A DNA stretch of 55,149 bases from a virus (lineage: Duplodnaviria; Caudoviricetes): positions 1-55,149 of IMG/VR virus record IMGVR_UViG_3300037149_000085; one strand, written 5' to 3'. The notes beneath the pieces are model-generated. The model did no database searches and was not told where the DNA came from. It saw nothing but the letters and a program-made list of their open reading frames with translations. Positions 42,587-51,261 of this stretch are shown piece by piece. The stretch's first letter is position 1, and the number at the start of each line of letters is the position of its first letter. The translations under genes were made by a program, and so were the position numbers.

Positions 42587-43150
42587 ATGGAACATCCATC
42601 ACCCGTTATGCAAAGTATCCTCGAAAATATGTCCGACCTTTATGAGGCTGGGCTCTTCACAGGTCAGGAACACACCTCAGCTAAAACATGCGTCCGGCAG
42701 ATTCCCGCCGCCTTCAAGAAGATCAATTGGGAGCCCGACACCATCAACCTCGACTACGGCGGCGGCTGCTACTGGGACACTACCGAGTACCTTTTCGATC
42801 TGGGTGTTGCCAACATCGTGATCGACCCCTACAACCGCCCACCTGAACATAACAGACTCTCCATAGAGATGCTGACCTCGACTCGCCTCGCTGATACGGC
42901 GACGATCTGCAATGTTCTCAACGTGATTAAAGAACATATTGTTCGCCTTGGAGTACTTTTCCGGGTGAAATGTCTCGTCTTGCCGGGCGCTACCGTGTAC
43001 ATTAGCTGCTACCGTGGAAACGGCACCACGCCTACTTTAACGTCGCGAGGTTGGCAGGAGAATCGACCGCTTAAGACCTACCTTGACGAGGTGAAGGAAA
43101 TTTTTCCCGATGCAGAAATAAAAAACGGAATGATCATTGCAAGGAACTAG
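42587..43150 (+). CDS. Class I SAM-dependent methyltransferase-like protein
   Basis: NLDYGGG motif I, IDPYN, ICNVLNVI, GWQ.N motifs; start preceded by AGTATTAG-N5. Confidence 0.75.
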   Translation: MEHPSPVMQSILENMSDLYEAGLFTGQEHTSAKTCVRQIPAAFKKINWEPDTINLDYGGGCYWDTTEYLFDLGVANIVIDPYNRPPEHNRLSIEMLTSTRLADTATICNVLNVIKEHIVRLGVLFRVKCLVLPGATVYISCYRGNGTTPTLTSRGWQENRPLKTYLDEVKEIFPDAEIKNGMIIARN

Positions 43151-43169
43151 AATTGTGGTACTATCTTTT

Positions 43170-43355
43170 TGATGCCTACTTCACCGCTGTACTAGACGGC
43201 TATTGAAGGGAGGCAGGATCATGTATTCTAGTTGATGCATGGCTGGATCAGGCTGCCCGTCCTCATTACCTTGGGGCTAGCGGGGCTTCGTTACCGGGAG
43301 GCGACGGGCTTAAACCGAGAAAACCCTGAACGAGTAGCGCCTCCCAGTAATTTTA
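43170..43355 (+). ncRNA. Candidate structured small RNA
   Basis: Follows TTGCAA-16-TACTAT with an extended TG; long irregular hairpin 43184-43283; second stem 43291-43350 followed by a T-rich tract; no ORF of note. Confidence 0.35.
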
Positions 43356-43367
43356 TTTAAATTTATC

Positions 43368-43396
43368 TTGAAATTCTCTCTCACCTGTTTTATACT
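43368..43396 (+). promoter_or_regulatory. Sigma70-type promoter, leaderless gene
   Basis: TTGAAA-17-TATACT with an AT-rich UP region; ATG 7 nt downstream. Confidence 0.75.
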
Positions 43397-43403
43397 AATC
43401 TAC

Positions 43404-43913
43404 ATGGAAAACAATGCCCCTTTAGCCGCTCGGTGTCTTCACTGCAAGAAGCAACGTGGTGTACACAAGGCACGTAAAGTGACTATTACCCCCGACGAGT
43501 TGCTTGACGAGGACTTAACCGACGGGGCTAAAGCCCTACTCCGCCCGCTGTATGAGCGTTACCTCAAACGGGCGCAGGAAGTTTGGTGCGGGCGGAATCG
43601 AGCAGTCTTCGATATGGGCTCTTATGTGGTGAAACTACCGCGTAATAGTCAGGGCTTTGGTGACAACGACTGGGAAGGCAGCATCAGCAACGGCCCGGAC
43701 TCCGACCCTGCGGAAGACATCCAATACGCCCGGACGCGCATGTTCTACGTAAAGCTTCCGGAGCACGACTACATCCCCATCCTATTCATGGAGAAAGTGG
43801 TGTACGCCGAAAGGCAGGAACACCTCCCAGACTGGGTAATGAGTGTGGACTGTGGACAGGTCGGCTGGAGTAAGAACGGAAAATTAGTCGCTTTTGATTA
43901 TGGGTACAACTAG
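43404..43913 (+). CDS. Hypothetical protein (possibly kinase-like fold remnant)
   Basis: Leaderless ATG; G.NRAVF..YVVKLP..N..E..LFME..QVG..LVAFDYG resembles small phage kinase-like proteins. Confidence 0.55.
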   Translation: MENNAPLAARCLHCKKQRGVHKARKVTITPDELLDEDLTDGAKALLRPLYERYLKRAQEVWCGRNRAVFDMGSYVVKLPRNSQGFGDNDWEGSISNGPDSDPAEDIQYARTRMFYVKLPEHDYIPILFMEKVVYAERQEHLPDWVMSVDCGQVGWSKNGKLVAFDYGYN

Positions 43914-43950
43914 GAATTGAGGACGATTTATAATTATTTTTTAAAATGCC

Positions 43951-43979
43951 TTGCAAATTTGTTCTGACTCCCGTATAGT
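43951..43979 (+). promoter_or_regulatory. Sigma70-type promoter, leaderless gene
   Basis: TTGCAA-17-TATAGT; ATG 6 nt downstream. Confidence 0.75.
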
Positions 43980-43985
43980 AATCAT

Positions 43986-44300
43986 ATGGCACTCGGAAAC
44001 AATCGCGACTACGTCAAGACCGCCCGCATCGCCGAACAGAGCTTAGCCAAGCATGCGGCACGGATGGCTGCGCTGATTGCAGGGGGCATGAGTAAGGAAG
44101 ACGCCTCTAAGCAGGCATATGATGAGATTGTGGCGTCGGGACGAGCCAAAACGGTAGCTCGTATAGAACGCGAGATTAAGAAGCGGGAACGGATGATCGT
44201 GATGGGGATATACGACTGTTGCACCACAAACGAGGTTGAAGCCCGGGAAGAAATTGCCCGGTTGAATCGCTGGAAAGAACGCAACGGAGGGAAGGTATAG
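43986..44300 (+). CDS. Hypothetical protein
   Basis: 104-aa ORF at the promoter. Confidence 0.7.
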   Translation: MALGNNRDYVKTARIAEQSLAKHAARMAALIAGGMSKEDASKQAYDEIVASGRAKTVARIEREIKKRERMIVMGIYDCCTTNEVEAREEIARLNRWKERNGGKV

Positions 44301-44302
44301 TT

Positions 44303-44545
44303 ATGGCACATACTTATATTACAATTGACGACAAGCGCGAGTTGGCGTGTGACGACGACTGCCGCGACTGCGACCATGAGTTTTCCCGGTTCAGCCGTGA
44401 GACCATCTTGCGGAAGGCCATTGCCTTTATGCTGGGCGAGTGCCAAGACAACGAATGCTCTATTTACACTTCCGCTAAATCTGATTTTAGTGAACCTTGT
44501 TACTCGTGTGCAGTAGGCTTGAAGGCGCTAAGGGAGACGCGATGA
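44303..44545 (+). CDS. Small Cys-rich hypothetical protein
   Basis: 80 aa with CxxC motifs; SD GGAGG/GAAGG upstream. Confidence 0.6.
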   Translation: MAHTYITIDDKRELACDDDCRDCDHEFSRFSRETILRKAIAFMLGECQDNECSIYTSAKSDFSEPCYSCAVGLKALRETR

Positions 44546-44585
44546 ATCGCGAAGATTACCTATTCGAACACCCGGTCTCCGAGGA

Positions 44586-44819
44586 GTGGAACTAATGACT
44601 CAAAATTATATGCAGTTCCGCTGCGGGCTCACGCGGTTTGAAAAGCAGCTACGCAAGGCGAAGCCCTCACCTGAGGCCCTATCTGCCTTCCTTTTGTGCC
44701 GGGATGACGCAGTCCGAGCCTACGGGCGGAAGGAATACGAGCTGGCGCAAGGACACTACATCGTGTGCAGCAACATGGCCAAGGGCGAAATCATCCCCTA
44801 CGCCGAGGAGAAGAGATGA
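44586..44819 (+). CDS. Hypothetical protein
   Basis: 77-aa ORF; ATGA overlap with the next gene. Confidence 0.55.
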   Translation: MELMTQNYMQFRCGLTRFEKQLRKAKPSPEALSAFLLCRDDAVRAYGRKEYELAQGHYIVCSNMAKGEIIPYAEEKR

Positions 44820-45031
44820 GCAACGAGTGGGTACCTGTGAAGCAGAAGGCGCACCCCGAACACGGTGGTCAGGTTCTTGTGACCTTCCACATCAACGATG
44901 CATCCAAACCCGCCGTCACCTCAGCTCGTTATGATTGTGGCCGCTGGGATTGGGGCACCGCACACGCGAACGCCTCGCGTAAAGATAGCGACATCCTCGC
45001 ATGGATGGAGTATCCGAGCCCCCCTACGTGA
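44816..45031 (+). CDS. DUF551-like small phage protein
   Basis: WVPVK..P...QVLV...W...ILAWMEYPSPP pattern; SD GGAG. Confidence 0.7.
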   Translation: MSNEWVPVKQKAHPEHGGQVLVTFHINDASKPAVTSARYDCGRWDWGTAHANASRKDSDILAWMEYPSPPT

Positions 45032-45070
45032 CCCCCGGCATCCTGCCACACACCTACATCAACGCCAGCG

Positions 45071-45520
45071 GTGACATCGCCGCCTATATGGCGGGACCAG
45101 TGTGGACGGCAGGCGGTAACTGCTGAGTTCGCCTACGAGCACCTTTGTGACGAGGCTCTTTATGTATTTATGCAGGGTGGGTATGAGGTAGGCATGGAGC
45201 CGTGGCTCACAATCGAGGGGATGGATAAAGTCCCCTCAACCCGCGAGTACATTCTGGAATATGGGAGAACCGGAGAAAAGGTTGTATCCCCATCTTTCAG
45301 GGTTTTTGTTGCCAAGAAGGTGTTGGCAAAGATTATTACGCCTGCCCCGAACCCGTTCCTGCTCTACACAACTCAGGAGCAGAAAGCCACGGAATGGCGT
45401 TGTTTGGACTTCTCCATGGCGGCATCGATCATCAACGCTGTTCAGCCTGATACATGGGAAGTGCACGACGAATTCAGACCCGGTTTGACCGAGGAATTGA
45501 AAGCTTGGATGAAATCATGA
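45071..45520 (+). CDS. Hypothetical protein
   Basis: 149-aa ORF; start uncertain; ATGA overlap with the next gene. Confidence 0.55.
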   Translation: MTSPPIWRDQCGRQAVTAEFAYEHLCDEALYVFMQGGYEVGMEPWLTIEGMDKVPSTREYILEYGRTGEKVVSPSFRVFVAKKVLAKIITPAPNPFLLYTTQEQKATEWRCLDFSMAASIINAVQPDTWEVHDEFRPGLTEELKAWMKS

Positions 45521-45897
45521 AGAAGCTAACCAAAGAGGAGTGGAAGTCAGTGAGGGTCACCAACTCTCACAACCTCTGTACCCTTGGAGGTGGGGACTTG
45601 TTTATTTCCTACGGTACCCGTGTCACCGGACGAGGGGGTTCTCCTCCTAAATGGCAAGTTATCGGGATAACCAAGAAAACTGATCCCACCGCACCTTGGT
45701 ATGACTATGGACAAAAAACATGGAACATCTTCGACTACACAAAAAAGGCCACCCTGCTTGCTGAGGCTAAAGAGTGGGTCGCGCAGACCTACGGAATCAA
45801 GGAGTGGGTTCGCGATGTGTTCGGTGACTGGCAGGCGGCTGAAGTATATGCCAAGGCTGACGTCAGGGCTAGGGAGTTGCTTGAGGAGAAGAAATGA
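45517..45897 (+). CDS. Hypothetical protein
   Basis: 126-aa ORF, translationally coupled to the upstream gene. Confidence 0.65.
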   Translation: MKKLTKEEWKSVRVTNSHNLCTLGGGDLFISYGTRVTGRGGSPPKWQVIGITKKTDPTAPWYDYGQKTWNIFDYTKKATLLAEAKEWVAQTYGIKEWVRDVFGDWQAAEVYAKADVRARELLEEKK

Positions 45898-45991
45898 AGA
45901 AATGTGAAATCCAAGAGCTAGTCAGTTTGCAGCAGAGGGTGCTCAGCTCCTTATAAGATTGAGACGCCAGACGACGAGGAAGGAGTAGCTT

Positions 45992-46342
45992 ATGAATATC
46001 GTATACGATACTTTCGGTGGGGCCGAGGGAATGACCGATGCCGTCTTCATTATGGATGGTGACCGGATCGTCGCCACCATTGACCTCGCTGGGTTTGGGC
46101 AGGAACCTTGTCAGTATATCCCGGACGAGAAAACAGCCAGAAGACTGTATCCCGAGGCGTTTGTCTATGCGCATAAGCTGGCAGCCGCCGACGACTTGTT
46201 GGACGCCCTGAAAGAGATTGCGGCGTTCTACGGCTCTTATCATGAGGTAGAATGCCCATGCGATGATACCTGTCGCTGCAAGCACAAACCGTTCAACGAC
46301 CGGGTAAACAGGGCGATTAATAAGGCCGAGGGTGAGGATTAG
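45992..46342 (+). CDS. Hypothetical protein
   Basis: SD AAGGAG; LAAADDLLDALK..RAINKAEG motif common in small phage proteins. Confidence 0.7.
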   Translation: MNIVYDTFGGAEGMTDAVFIMDGDRIVATIDLAGFGQEPCQYIPDEKTARRLYPEAFVYAHKLAAADDLLDALKEIAAFYGSYHEVECPCDDTCRCKHKPFNDRVNRAINKAEGED

Positions 46343-46374
46343 GGAAAATTTCGTAAAATTAATTAAAAATTATC

Positions 46375-46403
46375 TTGCTTTTCCAACTACTCAGTACTAT
46401 AGT
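46375..46403 (+). promoter_or_regulatory. Sigma70-type promoter, leaderless gene
   Basis: TTGCTT-17-TATAGT with an AT-rich UP element; ATG 6 nt downstream. Confidence 0.7.
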
Positions 46404-46409
46404 AGAGGT

Positions 46410-46610
46410 ATGGAAAACATGACGAAAACGAAGAAGACCGCAGCCGAGAAGCTAGCCGTGAGGAAGTACGCTGCAGAAGTGAAAGCCGCCGAGGAATTGT
46501 TAGCCCCTGCATTTGCCGAGCGTGACGCAGCTCCTGAAGGCTCACCCGAGCGAACCGCCGCTGCTGAAAAAATCCTCGGCATTATGTTTTCCTATATGAA
46601 GAAGGGTTAA
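46410..46610 (+). CDS. Small helical hypothetical protein
   Basis: 66 aa; resembles the next ORF (F..R/M...PEGSPE/QPGSPE..AEK). Confidence 0.6.
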   Translation: MENMTKTKKTAAEKLAVRKYAAEVKAAEELLAPAFAERDAAPEGSPERTAAAEKILGIMFSYMKKG

Positions 46611-46649
46611 GATGGCTGCCGTGTATAGCAGAGGTACTGGAGAACAGGT

Positions 46650-46832
46650 ATGAAAAAGGACTTCAAGAAAATCGCCGCCCAGAGGAAAGCAGCCACCGAG
46701 CGTTCCGACTCTATCCGAGTTAAGATTGAGGCAGCTTTTGCCCAGATGTGTGAGACCCAGCCGGGCTCCCCGGAGGAGGCCGTTTTGGCAGAAAAACTAG
46801 CCAACCTGACCTTTATGGGAAGGGAAAAGTAG
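46650..46832 (+). CDS. Small helical hypothetical protein (paralog of upstream ORF)
   Basis: 60 aa; SD GGAG; shares AFA..GSPE..AEK with 46410..46610. Confidence 0.6.
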   Translation: MKKDFKKIAAQRKAATERSDSIRVKIEAAFAQMCETQPGSPEEAVLAEKLANLTFMGREK

Positions 46833-47424
46833 TGTCGGTCTGCAGGGTAGACAAGAATCTTGATAGGTACCCTCCCGAGTTGAGGAAGCACATCAACGAA
46901 CGTATGACCGACCGCACCTTCCTCCCTCCTATGCGCGTCGAGCTTCAAAATTGGTTAGATACTCTACCCATCGCTCCCGACCTAGATGAAGCCCCTCAAG
47001 GTATGGGGTGGAAGCAAAAATTCGAGTCTTTCACCATTTACGGTGAGGGTAAGCTGGTTAAGACCTTAGGCACCATCTATAACCCGATTACCGACCGCCC
47101 TGCCGCTATTGATCTTCGAGAGTGGGTAATGAAACAAAAGGCGGGCAGGTATGAGCATATTATGGTGGCAAATGAGTACCTTGATGGGCTGCGCAAACAA
47201 GGATATAACAAGGCATACGTCTACCACACATCCGGTGACAGCGTTTACATCGCGCTCTTTTCTGACCCTAATAACAAGAATAGACCCGGTGTTGTCAAGC
47301 TTAACGGAAAACCTGTACAGGTGTTGGTCCGATTCAGCAACGACACCAGCGGAATCAAGGAAAAAGAATGTCTACAGGAGTGGAAGGGTGAGACTGCTTC
47401 CGCTTTGGTGGAGCGCACCATGAA
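46832..47424 (+). pseudogene. 5' part of a gene interrupted by IS605-type element A
   Basis: Removing 47425-48589 joins ..VERTM to KWFKTLKN.. in frame with 48590-49292. Confidence 0.7.
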
Positions 47425-48589
47425 CGGTAGTTGAGGAGCGCAATCCCAGATTTTTAATCTGGGTAAGCGACGACTTTGATTGAGAAAGGAGGATACCGTG
47501 ATTCAGACACAACTAAAACTTCGGATGTGCAAGACGCAAGAGAAGACTGCTGAGTCATGGCTTCCTATTCTCGGCTCTGTTTTCAATTTTGCAGCCAGGA
47601 AGGTAGAACTCAACGCCAAAGACAAAATCTATTTCTCCAAGAACGATTTCCAGAACCTACTGGCGAACCACGGAGAGCGACTGGGGATTCCTAGCCACAC
47701 GTTGCAGGGAGTTCTCTGCACTGTGCACGATGCGTGGAAGCGTTGCTTCAAGAAGACTGCTGGCAAGCCACGTCTTAAAGGAATGCGGAACAAACTCACC
47801 AGCATTCCGTTTCCTGACCCCATCAAGGCTCCGAAAGGTAATCGCATCACTCTGCCGAGTCTGGGTAGTGTCCGCTTCTACAAGATGGACATTCCAGATG
47901 GTAAAATCAAGTGCGGTCGCATGGTCAAACGTGCATCGGGTTGGTATCTCTGCCTGTTCATAGATGCAGAGCCGAGGAAGATTGAGCGGACTGGGTATGG
48001 AGAAATTGGAATCGACTCAGGCTTCTCGAATCTACTGACAACTTCGGACGGAGAAATCATCGAACACCCACGGGAGTTGGAAGCCAGTGCAAAACGATTG
48101 GCACAAGCACAACGTGGCCACGACAAACAGTTGGCAGCAAGGATTCAGGAACGGGTTGCCAACCGCAAGAAAGATAGAAATCACAAAATCACGACACGGC
48201 TAGTCAGTGAGAACGTGATAATCGTATGGAGCAAAGATAACCACAAGGGAATAGCCAAGAAGTTTGGGAAGAGCGTAGCGAGTTCTGCTCACGCACAGAT
48301 TCGAGGAATGCTGTCGTACAAGTCGCCCACAAGCGGTACGACGTTCATCGAGACTGCTTCAAAAGATTCCACCAAGACTTGTAACGAATGTGGTAAGCCA
48401 ACTGGCCCCACAGGACTCGCAGGATTGTCGGTAAGAAGTTGGGTGTGTAGAGACTGTGGAGCCTCGCACGATAGGGACGTAAACGCCGCTATCAACACCC
48501 TCAACATCGGGGCAGGATGTGCCCACGAGGTTGCCTATGTCTAACATCGGCAAGTCAGGAATCCCAGACTTTAAGTCTGGGAGCATCAA
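47425..48589 (+). mobile_element. IS605/IS1341-type element A (tnpB only), inserted after ATGAA
   Basis: LE CAAT-CCCAGATT..AATCTGGG; RE GAAT-CCCAGACT..AGTCTGGG-AGCATCAA; ends closely match element B. Confidence 0.85.
47498..48544 (+). CDS. tnpB: TnpB with non-canonical RuvC-II
   Basis: GTG start with SD AGGAGG; GIDSG (RuvC I), DRDVNAAIN (RuvC III), CNEC/CRDC zinc ribbon; RuvC-II reads IVWSKDN. Confidence 0.9.
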   Translation: MIQTQLKLRMCKTQEKTAESWLPILGSVFNFAARKVELNAKDKIYFSKNDFQNLLANHGERLGIPSHTLQGVLCTVHDAWKRCFKKTAGKPRLKGMRNKLTSIPFPDPIKAPKGNRITLPSLGSVRFYKMDIPDGKIKCGRMVKRASGWYLCLFIDAEPRKIERTGYGEIGIDSGFSNLLTTSDGEIIEHPRELEASAKRLAQAQRGHDKQLAARIQERVANRKKDRNHKITTRLVSENVIIVWSKDNHKGIAKKFGKSVASSAHAQIRGMLSYKSPTSGTTFIETASKDSTKTCNECGKPTGPTGLAGLSVRSWVCRDCGASHDRDVNAAINTLNIGAGCAHEVAYV

Positions 48590-49292
48590 GTGGTTTAAAA
48601 CTCTCAAGAATGCTTCACAAAAGAAGGTAAGTATGGCGGATATTTTAGGCTCAATGGAAGAGGACAATTTCGATGGTGTAAACAGCCATCCCAGTGATCT
48701 GGGATTGAGTAAGAAGCCCGAAATTAGAGGAGACGAGGATAACGACCCCTGTTTCCTATCCCTTCCCAATCGCCGGAAGTCGAAGAAAGCATCCACTCAG
48801 CCGTCTACATATGTGCTGACAGTTAAAAATAAATTTCCAAAGGCGTTTGTAAAGCCTTCCTTTCCTTCTCCCTATATTCGCCGACCAAAATCCTACACCG
48901 TGATGGATGGTGTGGTTACAAGTCCGGAGATTGATGAAGAGGGCTTTCCTGCATGCACCCAGATTTCCGATGAGTGTGACACTGCAATCGCCGCTTGGGA
49001 GAGTGCCGCTTCTCGCTTGAAGGCGGTAGAAGACCCACCGAAGAAAGCACCGGAAGTGACCGAGGTTGTGTTTACTAATCTCGCTGTGGCCAGTACAGTA
49101 GTGAACACGTATCAACACCTCGGGATGACCAAAGAGATGCTCCCTAAGAAGGGTATGGCTGTATGGCTGGTGCCCCCAATCGCCTCCGGTTATATTCCAG
49201 TGAAGGTTAGTTGGACAGATACCAAGTCTACTCATGGCGAGAGACTCTATCGCTGCGAGCACTGTAAACCTATGTCAGAGAAGCACCTTGAG
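48590..49292 (+). pseudogene. 3' part of the gene interrupted by element A (original end probably ..EKHLEG* at 50040-50045)
   Basis: Open frame continuous with 46832-47424 after IS removal; ends at the first copy of the 26-bp repeat. Confidence 0.6.
49267..49292 (+). repeat. 26-bp direct repeat, copy 1
   Basis: AACCTATGTCAGAGAAGCACCTTGAG, identical at 50014-50039. Confidence 0.95.
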
Positions 49293-49328
49293 CAGGGGAA
49301 AGCGGCTACCAGCCGCATGGAGAGCAAG

Positions 49329-49979
49329 ATGACAACTACTACAATCACAGTTGGAGAGGTAACAGCGGAAGTCCGGCCTAGCGGCTGGAATATCTCGCTC
49401 GACATCTACAAATCCGGAAAGCGCGTTTTTAGGGTTTTGATGGCCAACGGCCAAACCAGCCGAGAGCCCAGCTCTTCCGAAATCGCTAAAATCAAAGCCG
49501 CTGGATTTGACCCGGCCACCAAGCGTGTGTTGATGAGCAACCCGCCTTGCACACTAGGTACTGAGCTTGCGCTCGCTATCGATGCTGTGAGTTTGCAGAT
49601 TAAGGCCGATGCCGACGCTGCCACCGCCGAGGAGAAGGCAGCTATCGATGGTATCGAAGGGCTCAAGGAGCTGCGTGCAGCACTCAATGAGCGTGAGCGC
49701 TACAGCGAGCAATTCGCGAAAATGATGGACGATGAGCACAATGATGGCGTCCGGCCTCCTCGGCCCGCCGCCGGAAACACTGACGACCTTCGCGCCCGCT
49801 ATCCCCGCGCCGCTGCCTACATCCTCGCTGAGGCTTGGGGCGGAGCAGCTCACGATGTCAAAGCATCGGCTGGTAACAAGGCCGTCAAACGCATCCTAGC
49901 TGGGGACGATTATGCGGAAGCAATTGCCGAAATGAAAGCCACCTGGGCCGCGCATTGCGATCAGCACGTTTGGGACTAA
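49329..49979 (+). CDS. Hypothetical protein on a cassette flanked by 26-bp direct repeats
   Basis: SD GGAG before the ATG at 49329; Ala-rich, visibly more GC-rich than its flanks; 216 aa. Confidence 0.7.
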   Translation: MTTTTITVGEVTAEVRPSGWNISLDIYKSGKRVFRVLMANGQTSREPSSSEIAKIKAAGFDPATKRVLMSNPPCTLGTELALAIDAVSLQIKADADAATAEEKAAIDGIEGLKELRAALNERERYSEQFAKMMDDEHNDGVRPPRPAAGNTDDLRARYPRAAAYILAEAWGGAAHDVKASAGNKAVKRILAGDDYAEAIAEMKATWAAHCDQHVWD

Positions 49980-50013
49980 TTCTATTCCGGGGCGCGACGG
50001 ATACGCGCAGAGC

Positions 50014-50039
50014 AACCTATGTCAGAGAAGCACCTTGAG
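50014..50039 (+). repeat. 26-bp direct repeat, copy 2
   Basis: Identical to 49267-49292. Confidence 0.95.
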
Positions 50040-50050
50040 GGGTAATCAAT

Positions 50051-50224
50051 ATGAGTGACCCAGCAGAACACAGCGAAGCCATCATCAAAGAAATTGAAAT
50101 GCGGTCAATTACGTTTGTCCACGACAACATCAAAGAGCCCACTTCTATGGACTTTCTGATGATCAAGAATGCGATGTTGGTTGGGGCGTCGGTTGCGCTG
50201 GAGCGGGAAGCGGATGAACTATAG
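50051..50224 (+). CDS. Small hypothetical protein (57 aa)
   Basis: ATG at 50051 after GAGGGG; reads MSDPAEHSEAIIKEIEMRSITFVHDNIKE.. Confidence 0.5.
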   Translation: MSDPAEHSEAIIKEIEMRSITFVHDNIKEPTSMDFLMIKNAMLVGASVALEREADEL

Positions 50225-50245
50225 GGTTTATTTTTAAACTAGTCA

Positions 50246-50274
50246 TTGAAATTTTTTAGGGGTACAGGTATAGT
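50246..50274 (+). promoter_or_regulatory. Sigma70-type promoter, leaderless gene
   Basis: TTGAAA-17-TATAGT; ATG 6 nt downstream. Confidence 0.75.
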
Positions 50275-50280
50275 AATTTT

Positions 50281-51246
50281 ATGGTTGAGACACCCAAGAT
50301 CGACGCTTTCGCCGCTACAAGCCACTACGCGGCCTCATTCTCCGAAGCTAAGAATGCCCTTGTTTCCGGAATTGCCGACCAGCAAATCTTCAACGCAGAC
50401 TTTGTGGCTGCAAAAGACGTCATCGTGCACGTTGTGGAAGCAGCTATGGACAAGGCCCAAGACGAGTCCCGGTCTCTCCGTCGCAGCCTCGGCCTCGACT
50501 ACCCTCAGTGGGAGAACAACGACCCTCGTTGGAGCATCATCTACCCCCCGCAGCTCAATAACATGCCCGGGGCGGCGAAGAAACTTCAGAAGTTCAAAGG
50601 TGAGGGGTACATCGGCGTTGTCCTTCAGATAATGGAGGAGGCTGCAGTTCTGGCTGAGTTAGTCAAGAACGTAAAACCCTACATCGTGAAGGGCCGCAAA
50701 CCTCCCGTCCTCACTGATGAACAGAAAGTTCAGGCTGAGCGTGACAAGCTGAACACGGGCATCTGCCCAGTGTGTATGCGTCGGCAGAAGCTGACCTTCG
50801 ATGGAAGCCTGGTTGCCCACGGCTATGAATTGAAGTGGGGCATGCGCAACGGTGTTTGCTTCGGACACGGTTACAAAGCGTGGGAACTGTCTCCCGAGGG
50901 AGCTATCGAGTTCGTCACCGCGTTGAAGAACAGCCTCAAGAATCTTAAAGCGCACCTGATTAAGTTGGAGGCCGGAGAGGTCGATTTGGTGATGGGGACG
51001 AAGCGCGTGAAGGAAAAGCAGTTTGGGTACAGTCGGGAAGTCCCCTGCGAGTATCACAAGGGTGAGGAAGGGTTTGAGGAAGCGCTGGTGACCACTATAG
51101 CGATGACCCGCCGCGATATTGTGGGTATCAAAGGTACCATCCCGGAAGTTGAGACCCGGGTACAAAGCTGGAAAGCGCAGCCGCTGCAGTTCGGCGGAGC
51201 TGAAACACAAGATCGTTGGAAGAGTCGGCTTTTGAATAAGAAATAA
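50281..51246 (+). CDS. Hypothetical protein with zinc-binding motif
   Basis: 321 aa; GICPVC..LVAHGY..CFG motif. Confidence 0.75.
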   Translation: MVETPKIDAFAATSHYAASFSEAKNALVSGIADQQIFNADFVAAKDVIVHVVEAAMDKAQDESRSLRRSLGLDYPQWENNDPRWSIIYPPQLNNMPGAAKKLQKFKGEGYIGVVLQIMEEAAVLAELVKNVKPYIVKGRKPPVLTDEQKVQAERDKLNTGICPVCMRRQKLTFDGSLVAHGYELKWGMRNGVCFGHGYKAWELSPEGAIEFVTALKNSLKNLKAHLIKLEAGEVDLVMGTKRVKEKQFGYSREVPCEYHKGEEGFEEALVTTIAMTRRDIVGIKGTIPEVETRVQSWKAQPLQFGGAETQDRWKSRLLNKK

Positions 51247-51261
51247 ATATTTGCTAGTAGA

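Noticed and set aside
43275-43300. c-di-GMP-I riboswitch-like 3' string (TAGCGGGG..TTACCG)
   Set aside because: The GGCAAA..GAAA..GACGCAAA 5' core is absent.
47425-48589. IStron (self-splicing group I intron plus IS) explanation for the in-gene IS insertions
   Set aside because: Only about 70 nt lie between the left junction and tnpB, leaving no room for a group I catalytic core. The same holds for element B.
48519-49979. 486-aa ORF as a single native gene
   Set aside because: It is a chimera: the first part is IS right end, the middle is the interrupted gene, and the last part is the repeat-flanked cassette.
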